Of a stretch of 64,000 nucleotides of DNA, positions 48,197 through 58,168 are shown piece after piece. Position 1 is the stretch's first letter; every line of letters starts with the position of its first letter. Below the pieces are notes generated by a model. That model was not told the origin of the DNA, ran no database searches, and saw only the letters and a program-made list of their open reading frames with translations. Both the position numbers and the translations under genes were made by a program. Source of the DNA: a virus; the IMG/VR virus record IMGVR_UViG_3300042514_001262, positions 1-64,000 of that record. One strand, given 5' to 3'.

Positions 48197-49038
48197 TATT
48201 TTGGATTAACATATTCATACCATTTTATGGGTACTGAAGCCCCCGCTCTTTGTCCTAAATTACTATAATCCGTTTGGTAAGGATTCATATTAAAAACTTG
48301 ATAGTTTCTTTTTTCATAATCTAACTCAACTCTATAATAGAAATATTTCGTACTATCAAAAGTGAATTTATCACCGACAATTGATGATTGCGACATATTC
48401 ATCATCTTTGTGAAATATCCATTTTTAGCATCATAAAATTTAGCGGTCATGTAGAACGTGTTTATGTTCAAGAAATTTCTCTTCTTTAACCAATAAATGA
48501 AAAATCCTTCTTTATCCCCAACATAATCCAAAACGAAATAAGGTTTTTTTATTTTAACAGGAGTTCTTTGCATTATAGCATCCATTTTTAAACCTTGTTG
48601 TGTTGGTATAATAATCGTTATATAATTTGTTTGACGTTTTTCATCCACATTGTCATAGAAATCCAACTTAAAAAATGAATTAGAAAAATTGTTTGTATAA
48701 TAATAAATTTCTTGAGTTGTAAAACCCTCCATTAGGTAATTACATTTCCAATTGGTAGAATCACTTAACGAACCGCCAGAATAAAAATTAAACTCGTATT
48801 GAATATCCGTAATTTCATTCAAATTATTTGTTAAAGGGTCTTGAATTATAAGAGGTGCATGTGCAAACCTATCAACCTCAAAGTCACCATAAGTACCCGT
48901 AACTTTCTTAATGACCTCAGTTTCATATTCATCAATACTTTGGTCTAATCCTAAGTAATCCCACGTCAATTCAATTGGTATGACCAACTCTTTATTGGTA
49001 AATCCGTCTTTTCTTATTTCTATTTTATTCACATCCAT
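48196..49038 (-). CDS. putative structural protein (280 aa)
   Basis: Translationally coupled ORF in the baseplate cluster. Confidence 0.65.
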   Translation of the reverse strand: MDVNKIEIRKDGFTNKELVIPIELTWDYLGLDQSIDEYETEVIKKVTGTYGDFEVDRFAHAPLIIQDPLTNNLNEITDIQYEFNFYSGGSLSDSTNWKCNYLMEGFTTQEIYYYTNNFSNSFFKLDFYDNVDEKRQTNYITIIIPTQQGLKMDAIMQRTPVKIKKPYFVLDYVGDKEGFFIYWLKKRNFLNINTFYMTAKFYDAKNGYFTKMMNMSQSSIVGDKFTFDSTKYFYYRVELDYEKRNYQVFNMNPYQTDYSNLGQRAGASVPIKWYEYVNPK

Positions 49039-50719
49039 CTATCAAAGGTTTAACAGGGTATGGTACTCCAAGTAAGTCGGAGTTGTAGTTTATTCCTTCA
49101 GGAATCAATCTGAATTGAGTTTCCTTGAATGGATAATGAGCAAAGTTTAAAAACGGATAATTAACACCTCTATCTAAATTATCTCTGAACCCATATGTAT
49201 ATAAATCCCTCCATCTGAATTGTTGGTCAGAATTTGAGAAATAGGCATACGTTGGAACACCTTCAACAAACTGAATGTCTCCCGTTTCAACATAATCAGA
49301 AAAAACTCTAATCGTCATTGGGATATGTGGTTCATAATAAAATCCTGGAGCATTTGTTGTTGTGGTTTGTGTTGTTTGAAACACATTCTCATTATATTTC
49401 AATTTGTGATAATAAGGTGAAACAACTCTCTCCAATTGCTCATAGTCATTCCACTCACAAAAATCACCATCAATTGTGTCACCTGACATTAAATCTTGGT
49501 TATAATAAAAAGTTTTTGTAACTCCGCTTGATAAAGTATAATTTGAAGTTTGGATATTTGTATTTGAATTTAAGTTTGTTAAGTCCCACCAAGTGTTTGA
49601 TGTTTTTGTCAGATTAAATTCCCAACCTTGTTTCAAACCAATACCGTTGTTAGGATAATTGAAATATCCCGTATATCCTTTATTGATTATTGTTAAGTAT
49701 AACTCACTTATTGGTCGTTTTTGATTATCAATCAATCCTTCAAGATTTATGTCATAGTTTACAGTTACGTTATAAGAATTACTACTTGTTTTTTGAGAAA
49801 CTCTTGAAACATTATTAGGTGTTATGGAACTAAACTCATATTTTTTTTCCTCAACAAACACATTTTTTTCAAAACCATTTTTGGTCATGACACAATCATT
49901 CACATTTGTTAAAATTTTATGTTCTCTGACATAGTATTTTGACCTTGTTTCTAAAATAGTATCAGGATTGATTACCCTTTTAAATGTTCCTGTTGTTTTG
50001 TTTGCAAATGTTGTACCAGTATACCCAATATTATAAATATTAAACACGTAAACATCACTTCCAAATTGTCCATTACCTAATGAATATACTTGAAATAAAT
50101 TTGTATTGTTATATGTTAATGATAATTCAACATACTCACCAACAGATAATCCATGTGGGCAAACACATTGGAATGCAATAACATTACTTCCGTTTTGTAA
50201 TGCGTTGTTCACATAAAAAGGGATTCCATTAGATGCTTTCCAATTTAAACTTGTACCATCCAAAGCATAAAATAATTGCCTATCATAATTGTTCTGATAA
50301 GCATAACTTATATAGTAAGTCCAATTGTATGTATACGCACTTTTAGCATGATAAACAATATGTTGGTCAGCAATATTAGGTCTATAAAAATCAAATTCAT
50401 AATACTGTGGAAATCCTTTCCAAATTCCACTTTGTTTTGAGGATATAGGGTCAACATAATAAAGCAAATTTCTAAACGGAACGTATTCTGTTGTTCCTGT
50501 ATAAGTGTTTGAATATAAGTAATTTACCTTAAATGTTGGTCGGAAAATTGTACATTTCTGTCTTTCGTCATCATATAATTGAGCTAAACTAATACTTTGA
50601 CTTCTACTATATTCAGTAATCTGTTGACTTTGTTCTTCTAAAGACAAAGAAATCTCTTGGTCAACAAAAGGAGCTGACTTGTATTTTTGACTGCTAGGTA
50701 TGATTGTGTACTTATTCAC
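49025..50719 (-). CDS. putative structural protein (564 aa)
   Basis: Translationally coupled ORF; Y/N/T-rich. Confidence 0.65.
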   Translation of the reverse strand: MNKYTIIPSSQKYKSAPFVDQEISLSLEEQSQQITEYSRSQSISLAQLYDDERQKCTIFRPTFKVNYLYSNTYTGTTEYVPFRNLLYYVDPISSKQSGIWKGFPQYYEFDFYRPNIADQHIVYHAKSAYTYNWTYYISYAYQNNYDRQLFYALDGTSLNWKASNGIPFYVNNALQNGSNVIAFQCVCPHGLSVGEYVELSLTYNNTNLFQVYSLGNGQFGSDVYVFNIYNIGYTGTTFANKTTGTFKRVINPDTILETRSKYYVREHKILTNVNDCVMTKNGFEKNVFVEEKKYEFSSITPNNVSRVSQKTSSNSYNVTVNYDINLEGLIDNQKRPISELYLTIINKGYTGYFNYPNNGIGLKQGWEFNLTKTSNTWWDLTNLNSNTNIQTSNYTLSSGVTKTFYYNQDLMSGDTIDGDFCEWNDYEQLERVVSPYYHKLKYNENVFQTTQTTTTNAPGFYYEPHIPMTIRVFSDYVETGDIQFVEGVPTYAYFSNSDQQFRWRDLYTYGFRDNLDRGVNYPFLNFAHYPFKETQFRLIPEGINYNSDLLGVPYPVKPLIDGCE

Positions 50720-53700
50720 TTACCGAGTATTTTGTTTTGAATTTATCTAAAGCAGTTTCACCCTTAACAGTTCCAAAATAGAAATGGAATGGTGCTCCAA
50801 CTATAAATTTATTGCCCGTTGCATTAAAAGCATTACTTCCAGTATATTGACCACTTGCATCAACACTGAAAATATATCCTCTCGCATACAAATCATTAAT
50901 ACTTGATGTTGTAGGTCTGAAATAATTTGGATTACCCAAAAATGTTCTATCTAAAGATTGATACCTAACATTTTGAACAATATCAGAACTATTTGTCGCC
51001 CAGTTATTCAACTGACTACCAAAAATTAAATTATTAGTATTATTTCTTAACTCCCATTGATAATGTGGTACCACTTGTGACTTAATACCGTATGGATATG
51101 GATAATTTGCACTATTATCTGGTGTTCTAAAATTTATTCTACCTGGAGTTAGATAATCTTTCATTTGAATATCTTGAGTAGTTGAAGAAAACCAAACCGC
51201 CATTACAGGATTACCCGCACTTCCAAGAACATTAGTAGGAGAATTTGTCGGTGTTGTTGCATAAAATTCGGGAGAAAAGTTAATATTACCAACTTCACTA
51301 TTTATTGAACACAATTGAACAAAATCACCGTCAACTCTAGCTTTAGGTGCGAAAAACCCTAAAACACCTGAACTACCATTAGGTCTTGAAAATAGAGCCC
51401 CAATCGAATCATTTGCAAAACTTACTATTTGTGTTATAAAACCAGCGTCTACCATTCTTGAAATAACAAAAAGATTTACTAAATCAGAAGTGTCTCCATA
51501 ACTTGTCGGGTTTAATTCAGGAAGAATATATGCCTTAGTAGAAGGGTCAAAAACTATTTCAGAATATACAATGTCTTTAAAACCTAAATTTATTAGTGTT
51601 GTTGGGAACATAAGATTAAGCACATTAACCGCACCACTATCGGTCGCCAATCTTCCAACAAATTGTTTTGTATTGATATTATAAGGACTACTTCTAAAAT
51701 AAAAATTTGTAGTATTCTTATCAAAATAAACAAGGTTTTTAGGAATTACAGGGTCGTTAGGTTTGTTTTGTGTATTATAAAAAGTATCCACTTGAATTGG
51801 GAACATATATAATGAACCGTTAACCCAATTGTTTGTAAATGTTTGTGAAAGAACACCTCTACAAAGTCCGTACATAAATCTAAATCTATATCCCCATTCT
51901 CCCCAAATTTTCCAATCATCTATGAATCCCAATAAATTCAATGGGTTGTGAAATAAAATATAACAACCATTCTTAACAAAGTTATATCCCGTGCCTAAAG
52001 GGTCATCACATGGTGTTTTAACTTGGAAAGTGTTCCCAAAACCTTCATAACAATCCAATGGTGCCATACCTGGACAGCTGAAACTAGCTAATACTTCACC
52101 TTCATAAGGTTGTCCGTCTAAATCAGGCCCTACTTGAGACGCACCCGCACCGTAACCCGCATTTTGTTCACCATTCGCACGTACAATAAAATACATCGCA
52201 AAATTCAAATTTTGTTGTAAAATGCTTGGATTTATATTCCAATCAATACCATCTAAATTGTCTGAAGTTGGTAACCTATCAGTCCTCATAACATTATTAA
52301 CGGGGTTACTTATACTCATCGTAAATGATGGGGTAAAAGCCTTTGTATAATAATACCTCAGATTGATTGGGTTAGTTGGCCATAATCCCGATATTGGAGT
52401 TGCATTATATGGTTGTATGGACATGAAACTTATACCGGACACGTCTTCAGCGTTGTCGTATTTTGAACTATTTGTTGTTATACTATAAAACCCGTTGAAA
52501 GTATTTGATATTAGTTTATTACCACTAGTCATCAACGATGATGAAGGAACAATTACAGGTAAATTATTAACATCTATTGAACCATAATATCCAATATTAT
52601 TTGTAGTGTATGATGAAAATTGTAATCCAATTGTACTACTACCAACAATACCAGGTCTGAAAAAATATGATGAATAAAAAATGTCATTTTGATTAGAGAA
52701 CGGTTGAACACTAATGCTCGTTGTGTTAAGTGCCTGTATTGGAACATTCAATCTAGTGTTGGCACGTACTATAATATCATCCTCATTTGGATATCCCAAT
52801 AATTTACCTATTCCATATTTGTTCTCAAACGTTGGTGAGTATGGGTCAACACCTCTTTGTAATATTAAAATAACTTGATTAGAATAATTTTGTAATTTTT
52901 CTAAAGCATTAAACGAATATAACGAAAGTGAACTAGTCCATTGAGTTCCTCCAGATGGGATTTGTGTTTCCATCCAATAATCAATATTACTTGGCTCGTT
53001 TAATATGTTTGGAAAACTTTGGGTTGAGCCTGTGTTCCAAATCAATGCCGCCTCAGAAATAGTTATAGCGGTTACAACTTGGTAATATTCAAGGTCTGCC
53101 GCATATATATTTTGAGTGATTGTTGACCCTGAAGGTAGATTGTAACTTATTGGTGTGGAATTAGTTGTTTGAGTTGACGCGTATGTCACATTAACTATTG
53201 AAGGACCAGTATTATATGAAGTACCACTGATACCATACGTAATACCTGTACTTGTTGAGCCAGTGTATAAATAGTTTTTATCTTTACTGTTTATAGGCGA
53301 AACAAAAGTTATTAAATCACCAGCGTTATAACTTGTAATGCCAGTATTGGCTAAAACGGTTATTGTATTATCAAAGTGAGATTTACCAATATTTGAATTT
53401 TCAGCAAAAGTAACTTTAATTTTATTTACACCTGAAAAGAAACTATTTCTTTGGTTGAAAATGTTTATACGCTCACCTAATGGTAAACTTTTTGAGGACA
53501 TCGCAACATTTCTTGAATTAGTAAAACTATAAGATGGTGTGTCGGTTACAGGTATTTTATAATAACTTTGCGATTTATCTCCCGCAAATCCAGCAGTTGC
53601 AATGGATGTCATAGTTGAAAACGTATCAATATCTTGACTATTCAAAGTACCGAGGTTTTTATAAAAAATTTGATAACTATTAAAAAAATATGGTGGATAC

Positions 53701-55556
53701 GAAACATAACTCAAAAATCCAGTAGCTGTTGGCTCATTTGGATTTTTTGGTAAATCTTGTGTTTGGTTATTAGCATCAACAGTACATTCACAAGTTTCAC
53801 AATCAGGATAAGTTAACATTGTTAACGCCATTGAAGTGTTCCACGAATCACAATTGATATTTAAACCGCTACAAATCCAACCAAAAGGATATAGTGTTGT
53901 GAACCCCAATGGTATTCCTATTCCACATAATAGACAGAAAAATCTTATCACTAAACTATATAGGAATAAAACAACACGTGCAATAAAAATTAGAGGTAAT
54001 CCAATTAATTGAATTATTTGAAATATGAATGAAAATAAAAAATACAACAAGTCAAAATTTCTAAATCCTTCGTTCACGGGAAATTTATTTACTGTTGATT
54101 CACAAGAATTATCATCAATTTCTTTGATACCGATAAACCTACCTCTACCACCTCTTTTATATTCATCTACTAATTGAGATACCGTATACACTTTATTAAA
54201 ATTAAATTCATAAAAAGTATCATCACAATCAATAACTTCATTTAACCTATCATAATAGTCAGTACCTGTAAATCCATCTGTATACCCGCTCCACGATAAT
54301 CCAAAATAATATGAGCTGGCCAATTTTTGTTTGTTACTTGTACTTAATCCATTCAAAGGGTCCGATGAAGAGTTTACCCATCCATACTCTTTAACATTTG
54401 GAACTAAAAAATAAGGTCTTCTAGTTTGTTCAGTTAGCGTTGGTGATTGTTGCCATTTTATTTTAAATCTATATTTGGCTTTAGTTGGAATACCGACTGT
54501 AGGGTCGTTTGATAAAACTTTTTCTCCAAACTCATTTGTGATAAAGTAATCCAAATTCATTGGTAATTCGGTTAACCAAACTCCACTACCATCAATAATA
54601 TTACCAGATTGTTCTAATTGATATTGCTCAAGAACAGGATTACCATCACTGTCTTGGTAAATTGTTTGTCTGATTGCCAATATTTGACCAGGTCCCGCAA
54701 CCAACGAACACAAGTTACCCATATTGTCTTTGGGTTTGTTATTACGCCTAACCCTCATGTTGTCAGGACTACTAAATATAGAACCCATGAATGTTGCTGT
54801 TGGTTGGATATCAATATTTGCCTCATCTCTTAAATCAAAATCCAATCTATTGATTGCAATATCACATAACTCAGGGTCACCCCACAAAGGTGAAACCTCA
54901 ACTGATTTAACAATATTGATAATTTGTGGTAATGAATTTAAATCGGTTGATGTTCTAAATCTATTACCCGCAACCTGAGCCTCTGTTGCAAGTCCCATTC
55001 TAATTAAATCTTGTGGTGTTAATGAAAACTCACCAATATCTGATAAGTCAACATCCATAACTAAAGTGTGGTTACCTTGTGGTACACCCATAATCATGTA
55101 ATCACCACTTTCATTTGTTTTTGAAGAGAACTTGTAGTACTTGTCGTATATTTCAATCGCAGTATTACCCGTTAAAGCATCTAATCTTGTGGGTAACGTA
55201 CCCGTTGAGGCGTGTGTTGAATATGATTTTTCATACGGTAAAAGATTGTATCTATATCCATCTTCATTTCTATCATTAGGAGATTTGTACGGATAGATAC
55301 TTGAAATTAAAGGATTTGATTGGTCAACTGATTCAATAGGAATAAAGATTGCAACTCTAGCATTTGGAATCCCAAATCCATTATTTGCGGTAACTCTACC
55401 TACAACAACTCCATATTCCGCACAACTTTTTACGTATACATCTTCCTGTTGTAGTGTTAATGATAATACTTCTAAAAACTCAAACTGTTGGTCCAGTTGA
55501 ACATTTATTGTTTTATTAACCCCTAACTCAGTCCTTATTCTATATGATTGACCCAT
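50712..55556 (-). CDS. large baseplate/tail protein with an N-terminal carboxypeptidase-regulatory-like domain and an internal hydrophobic segment
   Basis: GVVVGRV..GIPNARV..TNESGDYMIMGVPQG; about 60-aa hydrophobic stretch; ATG at 55556; TATTTATA at 55572-55579. Confidence 0.65.
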   Translation of the reverse strand: MGQSYRIRTELGVNKTINVQLDQQFEFLEVLSLTLQQEDVYVKSCAEYGVVVGRVTANNGFGIPNARVAIFIPIESVDQSNPLISSIYPYKSPNDRNEDGYRYNLLPYEKSYSTHASTGTLPTRLDALTGNTAIEIYDKYYKFSSKTNESGDYMIMGVPQGNHTLVMDVDLSDIGEFSLTPQDLIRMGLATEAQVAGNRFRTSTDLNSLPQIINIVKSVEVSPLWGDPELCDIAINRLDFDLRDEANIDIQPTATFMGSIFSSPDNMRVRRNNKPKDNMGNLCSLVAGPGQILAIRQTIYQDSDGNPVLEQYQLEQSGNIIDGSGVWLTELPMNLDYFITNEFGEKVLSNDPTVGIPTKAKYRFKIKWQQSPTLTEQTRRPYFLVPNVKEYGWVNSSSDPLNGLSTSNKQKLASSYYFGLSWSGYTDGFTGTDYYDRLNEVIDCDDTFYEFNFNKVYTVSQLVDEYKRGGRGRFIGIKEIDDNSCESTVNKFPVNEGFRNFDLLYFLFSFIFQIIQLIGLPLIFIARVVLFLYSLVIRFFCLLCGIGIPLGFTTLYPFGWICSGLNINCDSWNTSMALTMLTYPDCETCECTVDANNQTQDLPKNPNEPTATGFLSYVSYPPYFFNSYQIFYKNLGTLNSQDIDTFSTMTSIATAGFAGDKSQSYYKIPVTDTPSYSFTNSRNVAMSSKSLPLGERINIFNQRNSFFSGVNKIKVTFAENSNIGKSHFDNTITVLANTGITSYNAGDLITFVSPINSKDKNYLYTGSTSTGITYGISGTSYNTGPSIVNVTYASTQTTNSTPISYNLPSGSTITQNIYAADLEYYQVVTAITISEAALIWNTGSTQSFPNILNEPSNIDYWMETQIPSGGTQWTSSLSLYSFNALEKLQNYSNQVILILQRGVDPYSPTFENKYGIGKLLGYPNEDDIIVRANTRLNVPIQALNTTSISVQPFSNQNDIFYSSYFFRPGIVGSSTIGLQFSSYTTNNIGYYGSIDVNNLPVIVPSSSLMTSGNKLISNTFNGFYSITTNSSKYDNAEDVSGISFMSIQPYNATPISGLWPTNPINLRYYYTKAFTPSFTMSISNPVNNVMRTDRLPTSDNLDGIDWNINPSILQQNLNFAMYFIVRANGEQNAGYGAGASQVGPDLDGQPYEGEVLASFSCPGMAPLDCYEGFGNTFQVKTPCDDPLGTGYNFVKNGCYILFHNPLNLLGFIDDWKIWGEWGYRFRFMYGLCRGVLSQTFTNNWVNGSLYMFPIQVDTFYNTQNKPNDPVIPKNLVYFDKNTTNFYFRSSPYNINTKQFVGRLATDSGAVNVLNLMFPTTLINLGFKDIVYSEIVFDPSTKAYILPELNPTSYGDTSDLVNLFVISRMVDAGFITQIVSFANDSIGALFSRPNGSSGVLGFFAPKARVDGDFVQLCSINSEVGNINFSPEFYATTPTNSPTNVLGSAGNPVMAVWFSSTTQDIQMKDYLTPGRINFRTPDNSANYPYPYGIKSQVVPHYQWELRNNTNNLIFGSQLNNWATNSSDIVQNVRYQSLDRTFLGNPNYFRPTTSSINDLYARGYIFSVDASGQYTGSNAFNATGNKFIVGAPFHFYFGTVKGETALDKFKTKYSVSE

Positions 55557-55648
55557 CAAGTTACTTTAATTTATAAATAGTTTATGTGGAATTTTTAAAA
55601 TAGACCGCGTGATTAAATTATAAATTAAAATAAAAGAAAATAAACTTG

Positions 55649-57487
55649 TTATGAAAAAGTAACTGATTGGAAGTTCTTAACAGAGATTCTAATGTCTTTG
55701 TTTGGGTATCTAACTTGATACACTTGAGATGGTTGTGCAAATATCGTATCATCAACAGGTCCAATCAATTTTGTTTCAGGGTTTGAGTATTCCATTGATG
55801 TTTCAGCCGATGAGTACTGTCCGCCAACCTCGTTAAATACATCTATATTCGTAACCGTCAAAACACCATTTGTATTTTGAATTAAACTTCTAATCTCAGA
55901 AAGATATACGTTTTGTCCAAGTTGTCTGATTTGAGGATTGAAGTATGTAGATACTTTATCCACCACACTTGAAATAACTTGACCTGAGTTTTGAGCAGAA
56001 TCCAAAACGATTGAGATATCCAAACTTAAATCAATAACCTCAGCAGTGAATATTGAAATGTAATCATTCATCATCCTGTAGTTTGATAAATAATTTGCAA
56101 TATTTTGTTTCAATGTATTTGATACAATGTTTGTTAACTTACCTGAAGTATCATAAGACAAAATTTGAATTAAGATTTTGTTATCGTTTTCTGTAATTGA
56201 TACTTTTGCAGGTGCTCCGAATTGAGCTGGCATGTTTCTAATTAACGATTCATAATCTTGAACAGTCACCGCTCTTTTTTGAGCAGCAAAGTTAAATGAA
56301 ACATAATTTCTAATTTCCTCCAATGATGGTATTCCCGCACCACCAACAGCTGCAGTTACGTTAACACATCTCAAAGAGTTCACAACCGATGAGTTTGTTG
56401 TTTCTGAAGGACCATTAACAAAGAAAGAAACCGTACCAATTTGATTAATAACGTTTGTTCCCAAGTTTGTCGCTAATCCACCACCGACTCTATACTGAAT
56501 AAACAGTGTTGAGTTAGGTGTTAAAGTTGCCCCTAAAGATAAGTTGTTTGAATATTTTTGTAATTCTAATGTTGTACCTAAAGTTGTAAATTGATTCAAT
56601 TGGTCTTGAGCGGTATTTGTTCCACCACCAAATGTCATCTTTTTAAATCCTTCAGGTGTATATTCAGTGATAAATCTATCTTGTGTTTGAATGTATTTAC
56701 CAACTTTGATACCTGGTTGGTCAGAAACTTTTGTAGGGTCTTCAACAAACACCCTATCTTCCGCCAACGCATCTACTTCATACCATCTGTTTTCTAAACC
56801 TAAAAATTCGGCAGTTGTTGGTGTGTTTGTATAGCTGGTACCATTTTTTAACAATACACTTGTGATACCTAAAACATTTTTTTCAGGTAAGAATAATTCA
56901 AAGAACGGCTTTACATCATTTGCATTTATAACTCTTTTGAATACTTTGGTAATACCATTTACAACCACTTCTCTTTTTGTAATTGTATAATTAACCAAAA
57001 CATTGTTGGCATTAAAATTAGGTATTTTTAATCTATTCGGGAAACCTTGAGCATTGTATGGAGACGCAAAATCAATATCATAAACATTTTCAAAAACAAT
57101 ACCAGCACCTACCACTTGAGAACCTCTTGTCAATGTTCCAAGATATCTTTCATCTTCTTTATCACCATAAGCAGGAACCGTAACTGAGAAATCAACCAAA
57201 GCAACTGAAGGTCTTTGACCCGGTAATTTCAAACCATAAGTTCTTGCGATGTTATAAATTGAAGACCTTTGTTGTGCATATTGTAATACGGTTTCCTGAA
57301 TACTTCTATCAATATTATAATGTAAGTTATCAGCAACCGCAGCATTTAAATCAAGGAATACAGAGAATACCGAAGCGTCATTAAAATCTTGAATTAAATC
57401 AGGATAATATGTTTTTGCGTAGTTTAAGAGCTCAGTTCTTATTGACTGATAATCCCTACTTGTATATGATATTCTATTATTTGCCAT
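55649..57487 (-). CDS. baseplate wedge subunit (T4 gp6 / baseplate J-like)
   Basis: YTSRDYQSIRTEL, AQQRSSIYNIARTYG, YRVGGG..N, AVGGA, QKRAVTVQDY. Confidence 0.88.
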   Translation of the reverse strand: MANNRISYTSRDYQSIRTELLNYAKTYYPDLIQDFNDASVFSVFLDLNAAVADNLHYNIDRSIQETVLQYAQQRSSIYNIARTYGLKLPGQRPSVALVDFSVTVPAYGDKEDERYLGTLTRGSQVVGAGIVFENVYDIDFASPYNAQGFPNRLKIPNFNANNVLVNYTITKREVVVNGITKVFKRVINANDVKPFFELFLPEKNVLGITSVLLKNGTSYTNTPTTAEFLGLENRWYEVDALAEDRVFVEDPTKVSDQPGIKVGKYIQTQDRFITEYTPEGFKKMTFGGGTNTAQDQLNQFTTLGTTLELQKYSNNLSLGATLTPNSTLFIQYRVGGGLATNLGTNVINQIGTVSFFVNGPSETTNSSVVNSLRCVNVTAAVGGAGIPSLEEIRNYVSFNFAAQKRAVTVQDYESLIRNMPAQFGAPAKVSITENDNKILIQILSYDTSGKLTNIVSNTLKQNIANYLSNYRMMNDYISIFTAEVIDLSLDISIVLDSAQNSGQVISSVVDKVSTYFNPQIRQLGQNVYLSEIRSLIQNTNGVLTVTNIDVFNEVGGQYSSAETSMEYSNPETKLIGPVDDTIFAQPSQVYQVRYPNKDIRISVKNFQSVTFS

Positions 57488-57492
57488 CTTAT

Positions 57493-57963
57493 TTAAATAT
57501 TGATAATTACAAAATCACTTTGCCCAAATGTAGAACCATTGGTTGAGTAATCTATTCTTATTTTTGCAGTATATTCTGAAGTTCCTTTACCAGGGAATCT
57601 GTAAATTGATGATTCACTACTTCCAACTAAATTTTGACCTGTCGCAATATCAACTTCTTCTTGTGGGTCTGCCGGTGTAATACTTAAACTATTTACTAAT
57701 AAATTCGGCATAAAGTTTTCAATCGCATCCCTAATATCCGATTCAATCGCATTGAATGTTAGTCCATCAAACGGTTCAAAAAGAAATTCATACAATCTTG
57801 TACCAAATTGCGGTAAAAAATATCTTGAACCTTTTCTAGTTAATAACAAATGAATGAGGTCAGCTTTAATTTCTTGTGATTGAAATTCAGTTAATTCCAA
57901 ATAATCACCCCTTCTGGAATCCCTAAAGGGGAAATTTAAACCGTATGTTACTCCATTAGCCAT
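57493..57963 (-). CDS. baseplate wedge protein, gp25/GPW-like
   Basis: LLLTRKGSRYFLPQFGTRLYEFLFEP, AIENFMP. Confidence 0.9.
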   Translation of the reverse strand: MANGVTYGLNFPFRDSRRGDYLELTEFQSQEIKADLIHLLLTRKGSRYFLPQFGTRLYEFLFEPFDGLTFNAIESDIRDAIENFMPNLLVNSLSITPADPQEEVDIATGQNLVGSSESSIYRFPGKGTSEYTAKIRIDYSTNGSTFGQSDFVIINI

Positions 57964-58168
57964 TGTTTATAAATATAGTAGTATTTCCTTTTTGTGCCTT
58001 GGGCTCAAATGCACAATGTCTACAATTATTCCCACAACAATAACCCCTCTTTAAATGAAAATGTTCGGTAAACACATATTTCCCATCTTCAATATAAAAG
58101 TCAAAAGGGGGAATATCTTCCCCCTTGTTTGACTCATCAATATTTGTATGTGTTTTATTTAATTTCAC
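57956..58168 (-). CDS. small Cys-rich protein, DUF5522-like
   Basis: FYIEDGKYVFTEHFHLKRGYCCGNNCRHC. Confidence 0.75.
   Translation of the reverse strand: MKLNKTHTNIDESNKGEDIPPFDFYIEDGKYVFTEHFHLKRGYCCGNNCRHCAFEPKAQKGNTTIFINNG
57968..57975 (-). promoter_or_regulatory. TATTTATA motif, 4 nt before the gp25 ATG
   Basis: TATTTATA-AACA-ATG at the replication/structural gene boundary. Confidence 0.6.
58101..58126 (-). terminator. terminator-like hairpin downstream of nrdJ, inside the small ORF
   Basis: aagggggaa-tatc-ttccccctt; the minus strand continues TTGACTTTT. Confidence 0.55.

Noticed and set aside
21472-57975. T4-type late promoter TATAAATA
   Set aside because: It reads TATAAATA only on the non-coding strand relative to the adjacent genes; the coding-strand motif is TATTTATW.
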